A stretch of DNA of 62,734 nucleotides, counting the filler, from Dirinaria sp. TL-2023a (lineage: Eukaryota), in assembly GCA_051941275.1 (NCBI GenBank). It is 7 parts of 7 records of this genome, joined end to end, with 100 filler letters (N's around TTAATTAATTAA, not from the genome) between each part and the next. Parts side by side here need not be neighbours in the genome. Positions count along the whole stretch, not along the records: positions 44,918 to 53,777 come from JAVEBF010001132.1; positions 53,878 to 62,734 come from JAVEBF010001133.1; 5 more parts are not named here. One strand, written 5' to 3'. A model generated the notes under the pieces. That model did not search any database, had not been told where the DNA came from, and saw only the letters and a program-made list of their open reading frames with translations. The position numbers were made by a program, and so were the translations under genes. Shown here in pieces: positions 49,401 through 62,734 of this stretch (position 1 is its first letter; each line of letters starts with the position of its first letter).

Positions 49401-52400
49401 CTTCCCGTTGCTACAACTTTCGTAGTAGAAACACGAAGAATTCTACGCAACAGCTACGTACGGAGCTCAAGGCTCAAGTGACGATTCCATGCACAAGAGG
49501 CAACATAGGCAGCAGGTCCTAAGAACGTCCAAGGCCAAGTCAAGAACGAGGTTAAGGCAGACCTGCTGTCTTTCATCACAGTAATGAACAGAGGCTACTA
49601 TGTGACGCCTAATAGTAAAGTAGAGCTGCAGAGCATCAGAGTGTACGCAAACTGGAAGGAACAGGGAATACTTAATACTAAGATGGTCTTCATGAGCTAC
49701 ACACGAGATGAGAAAGACCGTATATTGTCCTAAAATTTGTAGCCCAGCCGATTTCAGAGTACAGGTCGAAGTCGCACTTGCTGGAGAATGCAGCACCCAC
49801 AAAGCTTTACCTAGTTGAATAAAGATCATGATGTAACACTCGAGTTTTTTTTAACCAGCACAAGATCCATGCCAAGGGTTCAAACTCCCTCTTGGTCCTG
49901 GATAAGCAGATGCCCTGTCATTTTCGAACGTTACATGGCTACTTCGGACACGTACGAGTATGAATACCACCGTCGTCGTATATTTCGCTTCCAAATCAAG
50001 CGATACCAAGAACGGTATCAGCACGTTGTGGATACGAGGTAGCCGGTGAGAAAGTCCTAATACGGAAATGTACTGCCTACTTACCTTACCTTATGAGCCC
50101 AAGTACCCGTACATCACTCAGGTACCCTTGACCAATTTCTCTCTCTCCAACAGCGTGTCGGTGGCGTACGCTGTGCTACCCCACCACTGTGATCCTACAA
50201 GACTGCGCAGCGAGCATGGGAGCACAAACATCATGCATGCTCACCCTGGAACAGCCGGCAGCGTCCTGTGACTCAACCTTAAGGGGACAGCAAGCGCAAA
50301 TAGATTCTTGAGCTGCTTGCACACGCCGATAATGATGAAAGAGAACGTCGTCCGTTGGGGCTAGAATACCCGGATAGCGTCAAGGAGGATTAGAGGCTCG
50401 CAGGCCGGGTCACGTGGCTTGCAGCAAGCATGCCGTACTGCAGCCATCATGAAGCGGATGCTCATGTAGGCGCTCATTTAAACCGGGTAAGCAGGATCTG
50501 GAAAAACGTGGATCATGCGATCATAGACTTCTGACTGATCACTTTTTTTGATTACCTCTCACTCCTCGAGTCTCAGCTTCACCAGTCACCACTTTCGAGC
50601 TGGGTCGGGACGCTTCTAAGCGCGTTGCCGTCTTGCATGGCAGCTGCTGCAAGTGTCCCTTGTATGCAGGTTGGTCTTCTCCACAACGTGAAATCATAGT
50701 ATCAGGCTTCTGAGGCTTGTCGACAAGAATGAGAACCTGAGCGCTCACTTTTCCCTCCAATCCAAGGGAGGATGACGTTCGACAAAGGATCATATCCAGT
50801 ACAGTATGATTCGCATTGCCGTCGATAGCCGGCCGGAGCGGTTCTCGTGCAACTCAGCAACGATTATTAATGAAGCCGTACGTGTACAGTACCGCTAGTC
50901 GGATCCAAGCAGATCCGGTCGCATGCATAATTGGGCCTTTTTGCAGATTTTGTTGCACTGCTATCGTTGAGTCACACAAAATGTTTCTTCGCAAGATCGC
51001 ATAAGGTAGACGCTGGGGTCAAATCCGGATGGTCCTCGGAAGCTCTGGTTGCTGTTCGCTGTTCGCTGCAGCCCCTTCGTCGGCATTCCAAAGGATCTCT
51101 CTGTAGAATCGGTTTGGGTGCATCTGTATCGCGCAAAAGGATAGGTATACCTTACTTTCGACTGCGTAGTTGATTTTGAAACGTCCCCAATCGAATCGAA
51201 GGGAGGCTTTAAAAGAGAAATGCGAAGGGACATAAGGCGTACATGCAGAGGACGATACTTGGTAGTCGGGATCTGTAAGTAGTACTGGGAGTGGATATGC
51301 TTGGCTTGACAGCTCGTAGAATCCAGCGCAGCTGCAGTAGGCCAACGCATGCCGTACCTACAACAGCTGCAGAAGGGCCGCAAGACGAGCGAGACAGCGC
51401 AAACACCTGGACTTGGCACATATCGTTAGACTAATCGATGCCATTGATCATGTCTATCGACACACAATACGAATACAGTGGCCAGATTTGCATCATTGCT
51501 TCTGGATACTGACCTTTCAACGGCAAGCCTGCAAGCTGGGCAGAGGCGACGGTTGGGTGGTTGACAGTGCCATCGCCACGCTCTGTGGCGAAATGCATTC
51601 CATGGTTAGACGCCACATACCGACGCTAATACTCTTCAAGGACGGAGAAGGCGCTCTGTTATCCTCATTCAGCATTATTGCTGCATTCGCCAAGTTAGTA
51701 TAGTACCTTACCTAGTGGAGCATCTCGTGTTCGACCTTTCACAGATGACTACCCCCTCTACCGAGGTGTCGTGGGTGTCTATGTCAAGGTGCATTTACCT
51801 TAAAGTAGCCGTACAATCATTGGACGGTGGGTACTTGAAACAACGATCTGCAGGCTTAGTCACTGCTAAGGGAGCTTCGTCTGTCTGTTGTTAACTTATT
51901 CCATCATCGGTCCGACGAGGCTACATTTTCTATGTGAGAAAGCTTTGATCACGAGGTAGTGGGCGATCTCGTGGGATCTGGTGAGGTAGAAAAGGGTGTC
52001 AAGAAGGTTTGCGAGGCCATTCGGTATTCCAGGCACATGACCACGTACTTTACTTCAGATTTGACAGGTGTGCCGCCACTGACGCTAGATCAGCTCGATT
52101 CAGTTTCTTACTAAGTATTCCCACTTGTTGATCTGGCAGCGAGAGGAAGGATAAAGTTAAAAGTTACCTCCAGATCGCCTGGTGTATGCCGCAGACGAGA
52201 CATTGCATTTACTATTGCACACGATGATGAAGGGCCTCGAGGGAAAAGGAGTCGGGATCATCGCAAGCCGTTACCCAAGTAGTAATCCGCGGTCGCCGAC
52301 CGAGAGCTTCGTCGTAGTGAGGGTCCAACGTCATTTTTATCATCCGTGCAGAGTGCTGGCCGAGCCCGCGTTAGAATCAGATAACGGATTAATGAGCGGA

Positions 52401-53777
52401 GGAGGCTCGCTGAGGTAAGGTCAGCTTGAGGAGCTCGCCCGAGCTTGCCGTTAACACGCGGCAGCGAGGGTGTCTTTGCCAGGCTTGCTTTGGTGTGGAT
52501 GCCTTCTCGCGTGGCAGGCTGGCTTAGTGGCCAGCATCCGGGCTGACTCAAGAGATCTAGTCTGCAACTCCGTGTTTCTGCTCCCGTCCTCCTTTGGCTG
52601 GCCTTGAGGTTAAACCGGTGTTGCCATATCACCGAGTAACTTGCCTCCACCCCAAAGGACGGAGTGAGGAGCGTCGCAGCGTTCGGAGTGTAAATCTTTG
52701 ATGCCTGATTATAGACGAGGCAGTCGGATAGATGATGATAGGACGGATGATCGCACGGCCACCTCAGTAGTGAAGCTCGGACCCAGAGGGAGCGACAATG
52801 CAAATAAATTTCCTGGGCGTGGGGGAGACTTGGCCAAGCTCCTCGCTGCTCGAGCAGGTATGGTTCATAATGTAACGAGTTGGTCAAGAAGGTGGAATAG
52901 AATCAGGTAATAATATACAAACAAGTCATCATCTATTATTATAGTACTTTTTATTTGACTCCTTTTGTACTTTACCTTCCCCCGTCAGAGTACTTTCTGA
53001 ACATCCGAGTTGAGGTAGAGGGGCGGCCATTTTGGATATCAGAGGGGTAAGGTAGCTGTTTTGATTACTACCTTAGTTAGCTAGACGACTTAGCTTGGCT
53101 CTTGCGAGGTGACCGCTTGTTTCTGAAAGCGGTCCAAATACCGAGGTCCCTGATGTCCCTGATGACTACTACTTTAGTAGGTGACGGCAGGTGGGCAGGT
53201 GGGCAGGCGGGTGGCTCGGTGGGTAGGCGAGTGGCCATTCTCACTCTGGTCCAGTGATGCCAAGAATAATGGATTCGAGCAATAAATAGGAGTAGCAGGT
53301 CAACTGAACCCCAGCTACCAGAGAGAGTATCGTAATTGTGGAATCGTAATCACCACTAATTATTGTCGACGTTTCCTTCCACTGATTATTAACAATGGGG
53401 CCTTTCTGGTATCGGTCATAACGGAGTCACGATGAAACCGGTAAGGTTGACTGTTCGTTACCTTGCTTAAGGCCTGCATGCAGACTGAGGTCGAAGTACC
53501 TTCTACACGCAAGCACTCGTCACTCGTACTTCGGTGGAGGTGCAGGGAGAGGGAGACGATGGAGATAATCTGATCAGTCCAGTCCGGGTGGTGCATAGCG
53601 GTGGGAAAAGAGGGCCAATGAGAGCGAGGATGGAGGCTGGCTAGATAGAAAGGTTGAACTGCCGACCACATGGTCAGGATTGATCGCTGCGGCAATCGAA
53701 CATCTGGGAACATCTGGGGGGGACTAGAAGTCCTTGGGTGTTAAGCTTCCCAATGCACATCCCGTCTAGTCCATCCT

Positions 53778-53877
53778 NNNNNNNNNNNNNNNNNNNNNNN
53801 NNNNNNNNNNNNNNNNNNNNNTTAATTAATTAANNNNNNNNNNNNNNNNNNNNNNNNNNNNNNNNNNNNNNNNNNNN
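53778..53877. other. Artificial contig linker
   Basis: N44-TTAATTAATTAA-N44. Confidence 0.98.
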
Positions 53878-56574
53878 GGGTGGGGTTTGAGGGAGAGGAG
53901 GGGAGATTGTGAGGTGTGGTTGTAATAATAATTACTGGACTGTTAACACGGTAGAAGTGAAGCTCTTGGCATAAGGTAAGGTACGAGTACGACCTGCCAC
54001 GCGCGGTCACGCTAGGCCCGAATGAGATTAATAGGTAGTGACCTTAGGGTAAGGTACTCGTACCCAGAAACACGTACCATTCTCCATGATATCGCACCTA
54101 CAGTCATGATCTGACGCGCAATCAGGAACTACCTATCCATGTCATATTTTCGAATATTTGGTATAGCTGCAGAATGGTATAGCCAAATGGTCTAGGAACA
54201 TCGTCGCGTCGGATACCCTGGGATCCTTGATACATGACAAGAAATACTGTAGGAAGAAGTACGCCGAGGGGCTTTCACCGACTTTTGTGATTGTGAAACC
54301 TCGAGGAAAATTAGGTCAAGAAAGGTTTCAAGATGTTGTTGGGGAATCCTCCCTGCGGAAGATTTACCCTGGAAGAACAGAGGGAAGGGAGGTTTGATAG
54401 GATGTGACTCTCATAGGTAGGTAATCTTACTTTTACGTCGGAGACACACATCTCCTCATGGTGGAAAACCCAACGATATTCTGAGAGGTTAGACCCTGCA
54501 CTATTAGTCCGGCCATCACTTGAATAACCAAGGATATCATCTGGAAAACACGGCATTCTAGAAAAATAACGACAATGGCCATGAACTAGGTACGAGTACG
54601 GTGCTACTCTACATGCAGTCCATCCCATTCGTTCTGTTCTCCTTCTCCTCTGTGTTCTCACTATCTAAATTACGCACCATTATAGATGCTGCTTGGGTGT
54701 CCGCCTTTCTTTGCTTCTTCGTCTCCAGCGAATACACTCCCTGGCCGGATAAAATTGGTGTCTGGGGTGTTATGAGCTTGCCATTGCAAGCAGCATGATA
54801 TTCGAATTGGTCTCTCAGAATCCGGCGACAGCATGATGGAGTGTTGTATTCTCACTCTTTCAATCCCCAACTTTCTCATTACGACCATTGATCATTCTTC
54901 ACACTGATTTCACTTCGAGAATATGATATCATCACGAGATCACTGCATCAAAGCATTCAAATATGATGTCATGGTGTTCTTGCCAGCTCTTCTAGGGAAA
55001 AAGCGCCCAGCGCATATAGAGTTGCGAGGCCAATACTACCGAATTATGGGACAACAGTACTCCTCCTTGGGAGGACTCTCATGCCTATTGCAGAAAATCT
55101 TCGTTTGCCTATTGTGGATCGCTTTAGCTTATTCGCTTTCTCGGTCATATTCGCTGGTTCGTTGAGGGTCTCCAAGTGGATTTAAGCCTTCCTGTTCTTT
55201 CCCCCAGACCAGCTGGCCATTCTCATCAGTGCTTTTGGGCTCGAACCATAGATTGCGGAATCCGAAGATTGCCGACTAATACCTCTTTCAGTATGGCCTC
55301 TGCTCCTCTGGAAGCGCCCCAGGAAGATCTCGGAAGTCTTCGCTAATGATCTCCAGCACCTCGTTGTATCGGCCTGCAAGCTAACTTATCAGGTACTGGT
55401 GACGGAATTCAACGGCAAGACAAGCTCTGCATGTAAAGAAGGGGCGGCTTACCTTCAGCCTCAGTTTTACTGAGAACTTTTGTCAATCTTCTCTCGTACC
55501 CGAACGGAGTCAGTCCGTCTATATTGTTCACATCTGGATCCGAACGTATGGACGCTGCGCGAAGGCGAAAGACATCATGATCTCAGAAGACGTTTCTCTC
55601 AACCATGACAGCAATTCTTCATAAAGTCGAAAGTAATTGAACTCAATCGTCAGAATTGAGTTCGCGGTGCGTACGTATTCTACCGATTGTTTCCTGATAC
55701 GTGCCATCGACAAAATGCAGGAGACTACGATCCTCATGCTCCCGCTGGACTTCCAAGCTGTGCTGTACAGCAAGTTTACCATATGAAAGTGATCAGCGAA
55801 TGATGTGGCTACTAGATTATAATGCAATTTATTTCGAATCTATGATATTTCTCTGTATCGGTATCTAGGAGGGTATCGATAGTATGTTGATCTACTAGCC
55901 CTTCTTCTCATCCTGGCAAGATAAAATGGTGTTTCCTTTCCAATGGGTCCAATACTTCATCCTGAGGTTACTGTGATGTGGTGTGTAAATTATGTACGCT
56001 GCTTCAGTTCTAGGATTGGCAGCATTAGAAGAGATCATAGTGTTCACGATACAGTGTACCATGTTCGCTAAATAATATAATGCCACAGAGATTGGTCGCA
56101 CGAGATTTGAATTGCACGCATTACACTAACAAGCTCGTTGCTCAAATTGTGAAATAACGAACCCTCCACGATCTGAATGGGCAGGGCTTTGTGACATCTT
56201 TTAGGAGCAGTACAACACTGGCGGTGTTCAGTCCCATTGAGATGCGAGCTGTGATTTCGGAGATGTGACGCGTCACTGTAACATTGAGCGACACTAAATC
56301 CCCAATGGATTCATATTTTCTTCGAGTGAACACATTAACACATGAAGAATGGCCTTAGTAATCGAGAACCAGTCTTGTATAAGGTATTTAGCCAGGTAGG
56401 CAAAGTCGATCAGTGTAAGTCCTTGGTCGTATGCATTGCCTTACATTCTCTTAGCTAAAATTGTCTCGTGCTTCTGACACTTTTGTCATAGAAGATAATC
56501 GACTCAACGAAACGCAGAGTCTCTCAAGTTCCTGTTGTCTAAAGAGCTCCAACTTATATGTTAATTGTGAGAGA

Positions 56575-57515
56575 ATGAATCCACATGTTGCCCCTCCTCC
56601 TAAGATCATAGTCGTGGCAACACCGGATACTACTCCAATTTGTGAGTCTCTATAATAGTGAAATAGTTAATTAATGTACTAATTATTGCTTTAGTCCCCG
56701 TTGTACTACACTGCTTGACCGAACCGCCGCCCTGCACATGCAAGAATGAAAGTAGATATATTTACGAGAGTCCCGAAGGTCTTCAAGGCCTCGAAAAATA
56801 CGCTTTTGCTCCACTCGCTCAGCAGGTCTTGCCAGGCAACGCCATCCGCAATGCTGCCAGCGAGACAGAAGGAAAATTTCCTTTTATGCGACTCTGTCCC
56901 GAGCTTCGTACTATTGTCTACAAATTCCATTTTTTCCAAGCTAAGAAGCCTGGCACCATTGGCGAATACTGTCCAGCAGGCGACCGCTGTCCCAATCGAG
57001 TATACAATGGACATATCCCTGTCCGAGCGATCATCCTGGTGTCGAAGACCGTATACGCAGAAGCAATGCCGCTATACTACCGCTCGAGGCACTTTCGATT
57101 CAGCAACGTCTCCAGACTCCAGAATTTCCTGCAGGTAATCGGACCGCGGCAAGCAAGCCACATTCAGCATCTAAGCTTCACGTACTCTGGTATCGGTGCA
57201 TCGCAGGCCTTCTCCAGACTAGGCATGTGTATCTCGCTTAAAACCCTCAACATTATCATCGTGGAAACGGTGGAGGAGCAGGTGGACGATTTGGTGAAGA
57301 AGGTCGGCGTCTCAGCATTGCTAGGTAGCGTCCGCGGTGTGGAGACGGTGACGGTCGATATTTCCAAATGTTCCTTCGGGACGGAATATGCGACGTTCGT
57401 GAAACTCCTAGGTCTGCTGAAGCTTCCTCGCGACACGGCGCTTCCACTCTCGTTGACAGCCAGATTGAAGGGGCAAAGTGGACACCAGAACCACCATCAT
57501 GCGGAAAGAGCCTAG
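56575..57515 (+). CDS. Uncharacterised protein with F-box-like motif
   Basis: Exons 56575-56641 and 56695-57515 (GTGAGT..TAG, in frame); FPFMRLCPELRTIVYKF, IILVSKTVYAEAMPLYY, FLQVIGP. Confidence 0.72.
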
Positions 57516-59284
57516 GAGGCACAATTTGGAGAACAGGGTGTTGGATGATTGTAAGCTTTCTATACAGCTGACATAGGACGGAGGCCTGAGCTCACACAAG
57601 AGCAAGGATGCCAATGTGCCCACACAGCAAATATCGGGAGGAAGGAAGAGCAGACTGGGGGAAAGGTCAGGATACCCAAGTGTTGGACCGGGGCAAGTCA
57701 AGATAATTACCGAAGCGGCAAAAGCAGTACGTGTGAATAATAGTAAGGTCAACGAGATAGTGTTGTCTTAGAAGGGGAGAGTACCATGTGAGAGAGTCCA
57801 CGAGGACAATACTCCCATCTACCATGTACTACTTACTACATCGCGACGCATCAGAAGTAGGGAGTCTTTCCAAGTTGAAGCGATTCAGTTGGTTCTTGGC
57901 ATCGCAGTTCACCTTCTTGTACTCGTCTTGTCTCAACCAACCATCAACCACAGCCGGTTAATCTCCTCCCAACGCTGCTGCTTATTTGCGACTTTGGCGA
58001 TGCCTGCTTTTGCCTGTCGAGCGTGTGGAGAGAGTTTACGCTGGCATGAAAGCAAGCATTTTAACTCGATCTCCGACTCCGAGACGGAGTAAGAGAGCTA
58101 ATCATTTTGCGGCGCTACCCCACCAAAAGTATCTCTGCATGTCTCCTCTACCCTATCCCATGTTAACACACATGCACAGCTAGGCTAATAACGATCTGCA
58201 GGCAAGGATGGGACAGACCAAGTCAAGACGTCGCAGTAGTCGCTCATCAAATGTCGATCCTGGGCGGAAGCTAAACCCAAGTCAACTGCAATTTCACCGA
58301 CTGGCCGATTTGATTCTCGCTCAGCTGCTCTTCCACCCATTCTTGGTTCAAATTACGGCTCCGACCCTTTCGACGATTCGCTCTCACTGGCTCCTGTTCC
58401 CGTCCCGCAAGGACAACTCACAAGTTCGAGATAGTAGCAGCCTCGCATTACTACTCACCAAATTAAAAGAGAGGATGAGTTTCAGTTTCAGAAAGTTAAT
58501 CGTGGATATTGACTGCAATTCCCAATCTGAGCCATTGCACATGTACAGCAATGTCGGTCCCATCGGGATCCTCATCGGGGACATGCGTCGGTCAGTATGG
58601 TACATACGGAGTACTTACTAGCAGGAGATCGAACACGAGGGTTTCTCTCCGCCAAGTCTCAATTTCTTGCATATCTACTTCCCACCAACCACTTTGGGGC
58701 TGGCGACACGCCCAACTCCTCCCAAAGTGTGCAAATGCAAAATGCAAGCCACGCCACTGCCAGCAGCACTCCACGAAATTCGCTCCCCCATACTCCGTAC
58801 CCCGGCCGCCATGCTTGCCAGCCATTCCGATTCTGCAGCGCTTGCTGGTTCGATTTCCCCATGTCTTTTTGCAAAGGCTTATGCACCTCCCCACCATTAT
58901 AATGTGTCGGCTGCTCCAGGCTAAAGGTGTACCTTGTCTGTTCACGATAATGCCAGGCTTTGCTGGTTTTCTTTTCGCCGGCGCCCCTCGGAGCTCGTCA
59001 TCGCTCAAGATGAGGCATTGCCATGGTGTCGTCCCAGTCTCTTCTCATCCTCCCATCCATTGTCATGCTTCTCCCATCTACCATGTAGATGTCTGTCACT
59101 CTTTCGTCCCTTCAATCGCTCGGTCGTTTGCTTAGCTGCTCTATCGAGAGGTCTATGCTGGCTTTGGTCATTGGAGAGCCTTTTGTCAATCTATTCAACG
59201 ATTGGTTTTTAGAACATTAAAAAGATCTTGCATGGCGGGCGTTGACTCACGTTTTTTGAAGATCGACCTGCAGCGCTTTCCAAG

Positions 59285-62200
59285 ATGCGGCCGTGCAGCG
59301 TTTCAGTTGTAACAGCTTTGATCCTAGCAGCTTCCAGTGAACCTGCAGAAGCGTCCAAGCGCAGATTGATATTACCACGAGCAAGCATTCAAGCTGCTAC
59401 GCACTTGAGTAGCACTGCACAATCTGGATCGCTCACCACCACAAAGCCGAAGTCCGATCTATCATCACCATCGAGCAATGCAGCAGAATCGGCTTTCACA
59501 TCGGCGAGTCCGGTTCCGTCCGGTAGCCAGACACCAATTTCGAACCTTCATCCCAGTAATGTCCAGGGCTCGCCGGACATATCGCATAGTCCGTCACCCT
59601 CCTCAACTCTGTCATCTTCTGCTCCATCAGTCGTTACAGTTACTCCAGCTGCCAGCCAAACATCAGGCGCTACTAGTAACGGTATATCTTGTCCTCACTG
59701 GCCCAGAGCTTCAATTGACCTGATATTGTAGGCACCATGAGTGTCAGCCCCAGCGAACTACCCATGAAGCCGACAATTACACCGGCACTTTCTGTTGCCG
59801 GTGTTTTGTTGATGCTGACCGGCGTCTTCTATACCTTGATCGGGATAAGGACTAAACGACTACATATCTTTTTGTCTTCTGCTTACTTGGTGAGCTTGGC
59901 AGTCACGGTCTTGATCATCTACGTGATGCATCCGCCGATCAGCAATGCCATCCAAGGTGCATATTTCGTCGCAGCTTTTTTTACCGGGTTGATATTCGGT
60001 GGTGGCTCAGTGGTCTTTGCAGACGTGACAGAGGGCATGGGCTGCCTCTTGGGTGGGTTCTGTTTAAGCATGTGGTTCCTAGAATTACGTCCAGGAGGTC
60101 TTATCCAATCAACTATCGGCAAGGCAATTTTCATCGCCTGCTTAACGCTCGGCGCATATTCATTCTACATAAGTCATTATACTCGACCGTATGGACTCAT
60201 CGGCTCGACCTCGTTTGCTGGCGCGACCATCATCGTGCTTGGAATTGATTGCTTCAGCCGTGCCGGATTGAAAGAGTTCTGGGTTTATATTTGGAGTAAG
60301 ACACTCTTTCTTTCGCTTGCGGTTATGATCAGATGCTAAGTTCGTTTCCTAGATCTAAATGATGCTTTACTACCCTCGCACTATAACGCAGGTTATCCAA
60401 TTACGCGCGGAATACGGGTTGAAATTGCGGTTACTGTCTTGTTATTCGTGCTCGGGGTCCTGTCCCAGATGAAGGTGTGGAAGGTAGTCAAGAAGCACAG
60501 GGATCAGAAAGCCGCTCAACGCTTGGAAGCAGAGCAACAGCAAGATCAAGCCGAACTGAATCTAGGGGTGAAACTCGAAGAACGCAATGAGCGGGATAAA
60601 GCAATGTGGGAAGCTGTGTACGGAGATCAAGTCTACAGGAAGGCGCCTGCAGATGACTCGGAAGCCGGCGCTGGTACATTAGTAGATTCAAATACAGCGT
60701 CTACGAGTGGGATTGCAGTACACAGTTTTGAGACCATTAGCGACAAGTCTGCAGGCACCAGCCAGAAAAGGGCGCAGCAGCCAAGCAGCGTAACGATAAG
60801 AGGAGCGTCTGAAATTAGCGTCTACGAGACGCCATCGGCTACGGTTGAGAATCTCATGCCAGCTGAACTGGAAACACATGAGAAATCGAATCTATCATCG
60901 TTGAAAGAGCCTTCGACAGACGCACCGAAGGATGCAGCATCGATCCTATCAGCTGTGGAGACAGCCAATTCAAAACCGAGCCCAGAGGGAAGTGTACTGT
61001 CAGAGCCTCAAGTCATGTCCTTACCTTTCAATCTCTCAGGGCATAACTTCAGGGACGATGATGAAAGGTCTTCTATTGCTACGTTCGCAGCTTCGGATCG
61101 ACCGCCAACCCAAATTTCGCAAAGACTGTCCAGTTCATCCCTCTTACGAAGCTTTGCAAAGCCGTCTAAACGACGTCGCAGTAACCAGATGCCGACAGAA
61201 GAAGCCTCGGCTGCCTCGCTTGAGGACGATCGAGCTTCTTCGATTGCGGCAACTTTCGACGGTGTCGAAGATGATCCAAACTCTGAAGGGGAGCGACGGC
61301 CCAGTTCGCCGCAAGAGACTCGATCTTTGGAAAAGCCTGAAGTAGAGACATTGGCAGAGCCGCTTCTGGGCGATTCTTCGACGCCACCGAATCCTGCAAT
61401 TCTCACTAGTGGGCAATCTAGTGTAAAGCCAGCATCCATAGAAGGAGTGGCCAATAAAGAAATTTCGGAGCCTAAGAGTATTGATGACCATGAATCTGCC
61501 ACGACAGAGATTTTCTTACCAGCAAAAAGTACTTGTGGAAGCATTGTGTCCCGAAAGCAGCATCGAGTCGTAAGTGAAGCACGAAGAGCTCGAAGTCCAA
61601 GGTCTGGGACGGGCTCCGAGCCGAGCCAAGGAGAGTCGAATCCAGCCAGCTTCCGCGATCAATTGCCTGAAGGCGCGTCTAAGGTCGAGATGGCTTATCG
61701 GACAAACGAATGGGCAAAGCATCTGGATCGAGCTGAAATGCCGTCGGTCGAGGACTTGAAGGATTCTTCCAGTGCCTTGGACGCAGAACCAGTGATGGAA
61801 GAGAGTGCCGCTCCTGTAGACGTCCGACAATTAGAGCAAAATGCCCTGACTGCGGAGCCTCGCCCCGTCATGGTCATCACGAACCCAGAAGCTGAACCCT
61901 CTCAACAAGCTTACCTCAAACGATCAGCTTCTTGGTCACGCGACTCACTTCCCAGCCAGCGCAACCGTCAGCAGCGTGAATCAAGCCTTCGACGAGCTTC
62001 GTATGGAGCGCTCCTTAACCGCGTGGCTTCTCAGAATCTGTCGCAGAACCCACGCGGCTTCCGGAATTCTTCAAATGCAATGCAGAACTCGCCGCTAGTC
62101 GGATCGCCAATCGAAGAAGACGTTGAGAGCTTCTTTCCACCAAGAGCGGAGGCCACTACTTCCGCCATCCCCCTAAACACATTGATAGCCAAACGCAACA

Positions 62201-62688
62201 GCACGCTCCAGAACAGATACTCTACTACCTCGCTCACCCGCAGCAAATCATCCACTCTGCCACACCTGGAATCCCCCCTCGATGGACCAGACGCAGAAGA
62301 CCTACCGCTCGCCCAGCGCAAATCGCTGCTCAAACTCCAATCCCGTCGTTCCTCACACCCAACCTCTCCACGCACCTCAGCCGCCTATATCAAACGCCAC
62401 CCCTCTAGTGAAGCAATCACGACTGCAGAGAACAGAGAGACCATGGTTTCCGCATGGCACACCTCACTCCGCAACGATTCCAAAGCGAACATCCTCTCCC
62501 AACGCGATCTGGAGCGAAGGCGGAGCCAGATGCTGGGTGAAAAGCGGAGGGTGAGTGCTGACCTGCAGGCCGCTAGCGCGGAAAAAGCGCGGAGAGAGAG
62601 CCAACGGGAGGAGAATATGAGGCGCGGCGATATGTTGGAGAGGCATCGCGAAGCGATGAGGAAGTTGCAGGCTAGAGTTAACGTTTGA
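59285..62688 (+). CDS. DUF4203 (TM7SF3/TMEM198-like) multi-pass membrane protein with long disordered C-tail
   Basis: Exons 59285-59681, 59732-60295, 60353-62688; signal peptide, S/T-rich stalk, LPMKPTITPA, GCLLGGFCLSMW, LGIDCFSRAGLKEFW, YRTNEWAKHL, HREAMRKLQ. Confidence 0.88.
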
Positions 62689-62734
62689 GGCTATCGCGTA
62701 CCAGTACACGCCTCAGTCTCAGAAGAAGAAGAAG

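Noticed and set aside
57889..59212. Cluster of overlapping ORFs up to 208 aa
   Set aside because: No motifs, mutually overlapping on both strands; more likely promoter/5' region of the DUF4203 gene
1..62734. CRISPR arrays, rRNA, LTR/LINE or DDE transposase ORFs
   Set aside because: No repeat-spacer arrays, rRNA-like sequence or RT/integrase/transposase motifs recognised

Overview
Fungal (Pezizomycotina) genomic DNA with short spliceosomal introns. The secreted-protein types suggest a lichen-forming Lecanoromycete, but that is an inference. The window is not one locus: it is seven contigs of steadily decreasing length (8895, 8894, 8881, 8874, 8873, 8860, 8857 bp) joined by an artificial 100-bp N44-TTAATTAATTAA-N44 linker, so gene neighbourhoods only mean something within a contig. 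Contig 1: alpha/beta-hydrolase-patatin-C2H2 fusion gene. Contig 2: RS/P-rich protein, SF3B2/Cus1, Puf4/5-type Pumilio. Contig 3: an apparently intact 5-exon DUF3435-type tyrosine recombinase (Starship 'captain'-like), divergent from a GH47 alpha-1,2-mannosidase, then Ldb17. Contig 4: Csl4, an unknown protein, and a NACHT-ankyrin NLR-like gene. Contig 5: small secreted protein, a pseudogene with a HicA-like tail, a putative ADP-ribosyltransferase-fold gene and an MFS remnant. Contig 6: Cys-rich secreted protein and about 7 kb of gene-poor DNA. Contig 7: F-box-like protein and a DUF4203 membrane protein. The top lead is the captain-like recombinase and the probable Starship end beside it. All family assignments come from motif recognition by eye; no database searches were run.
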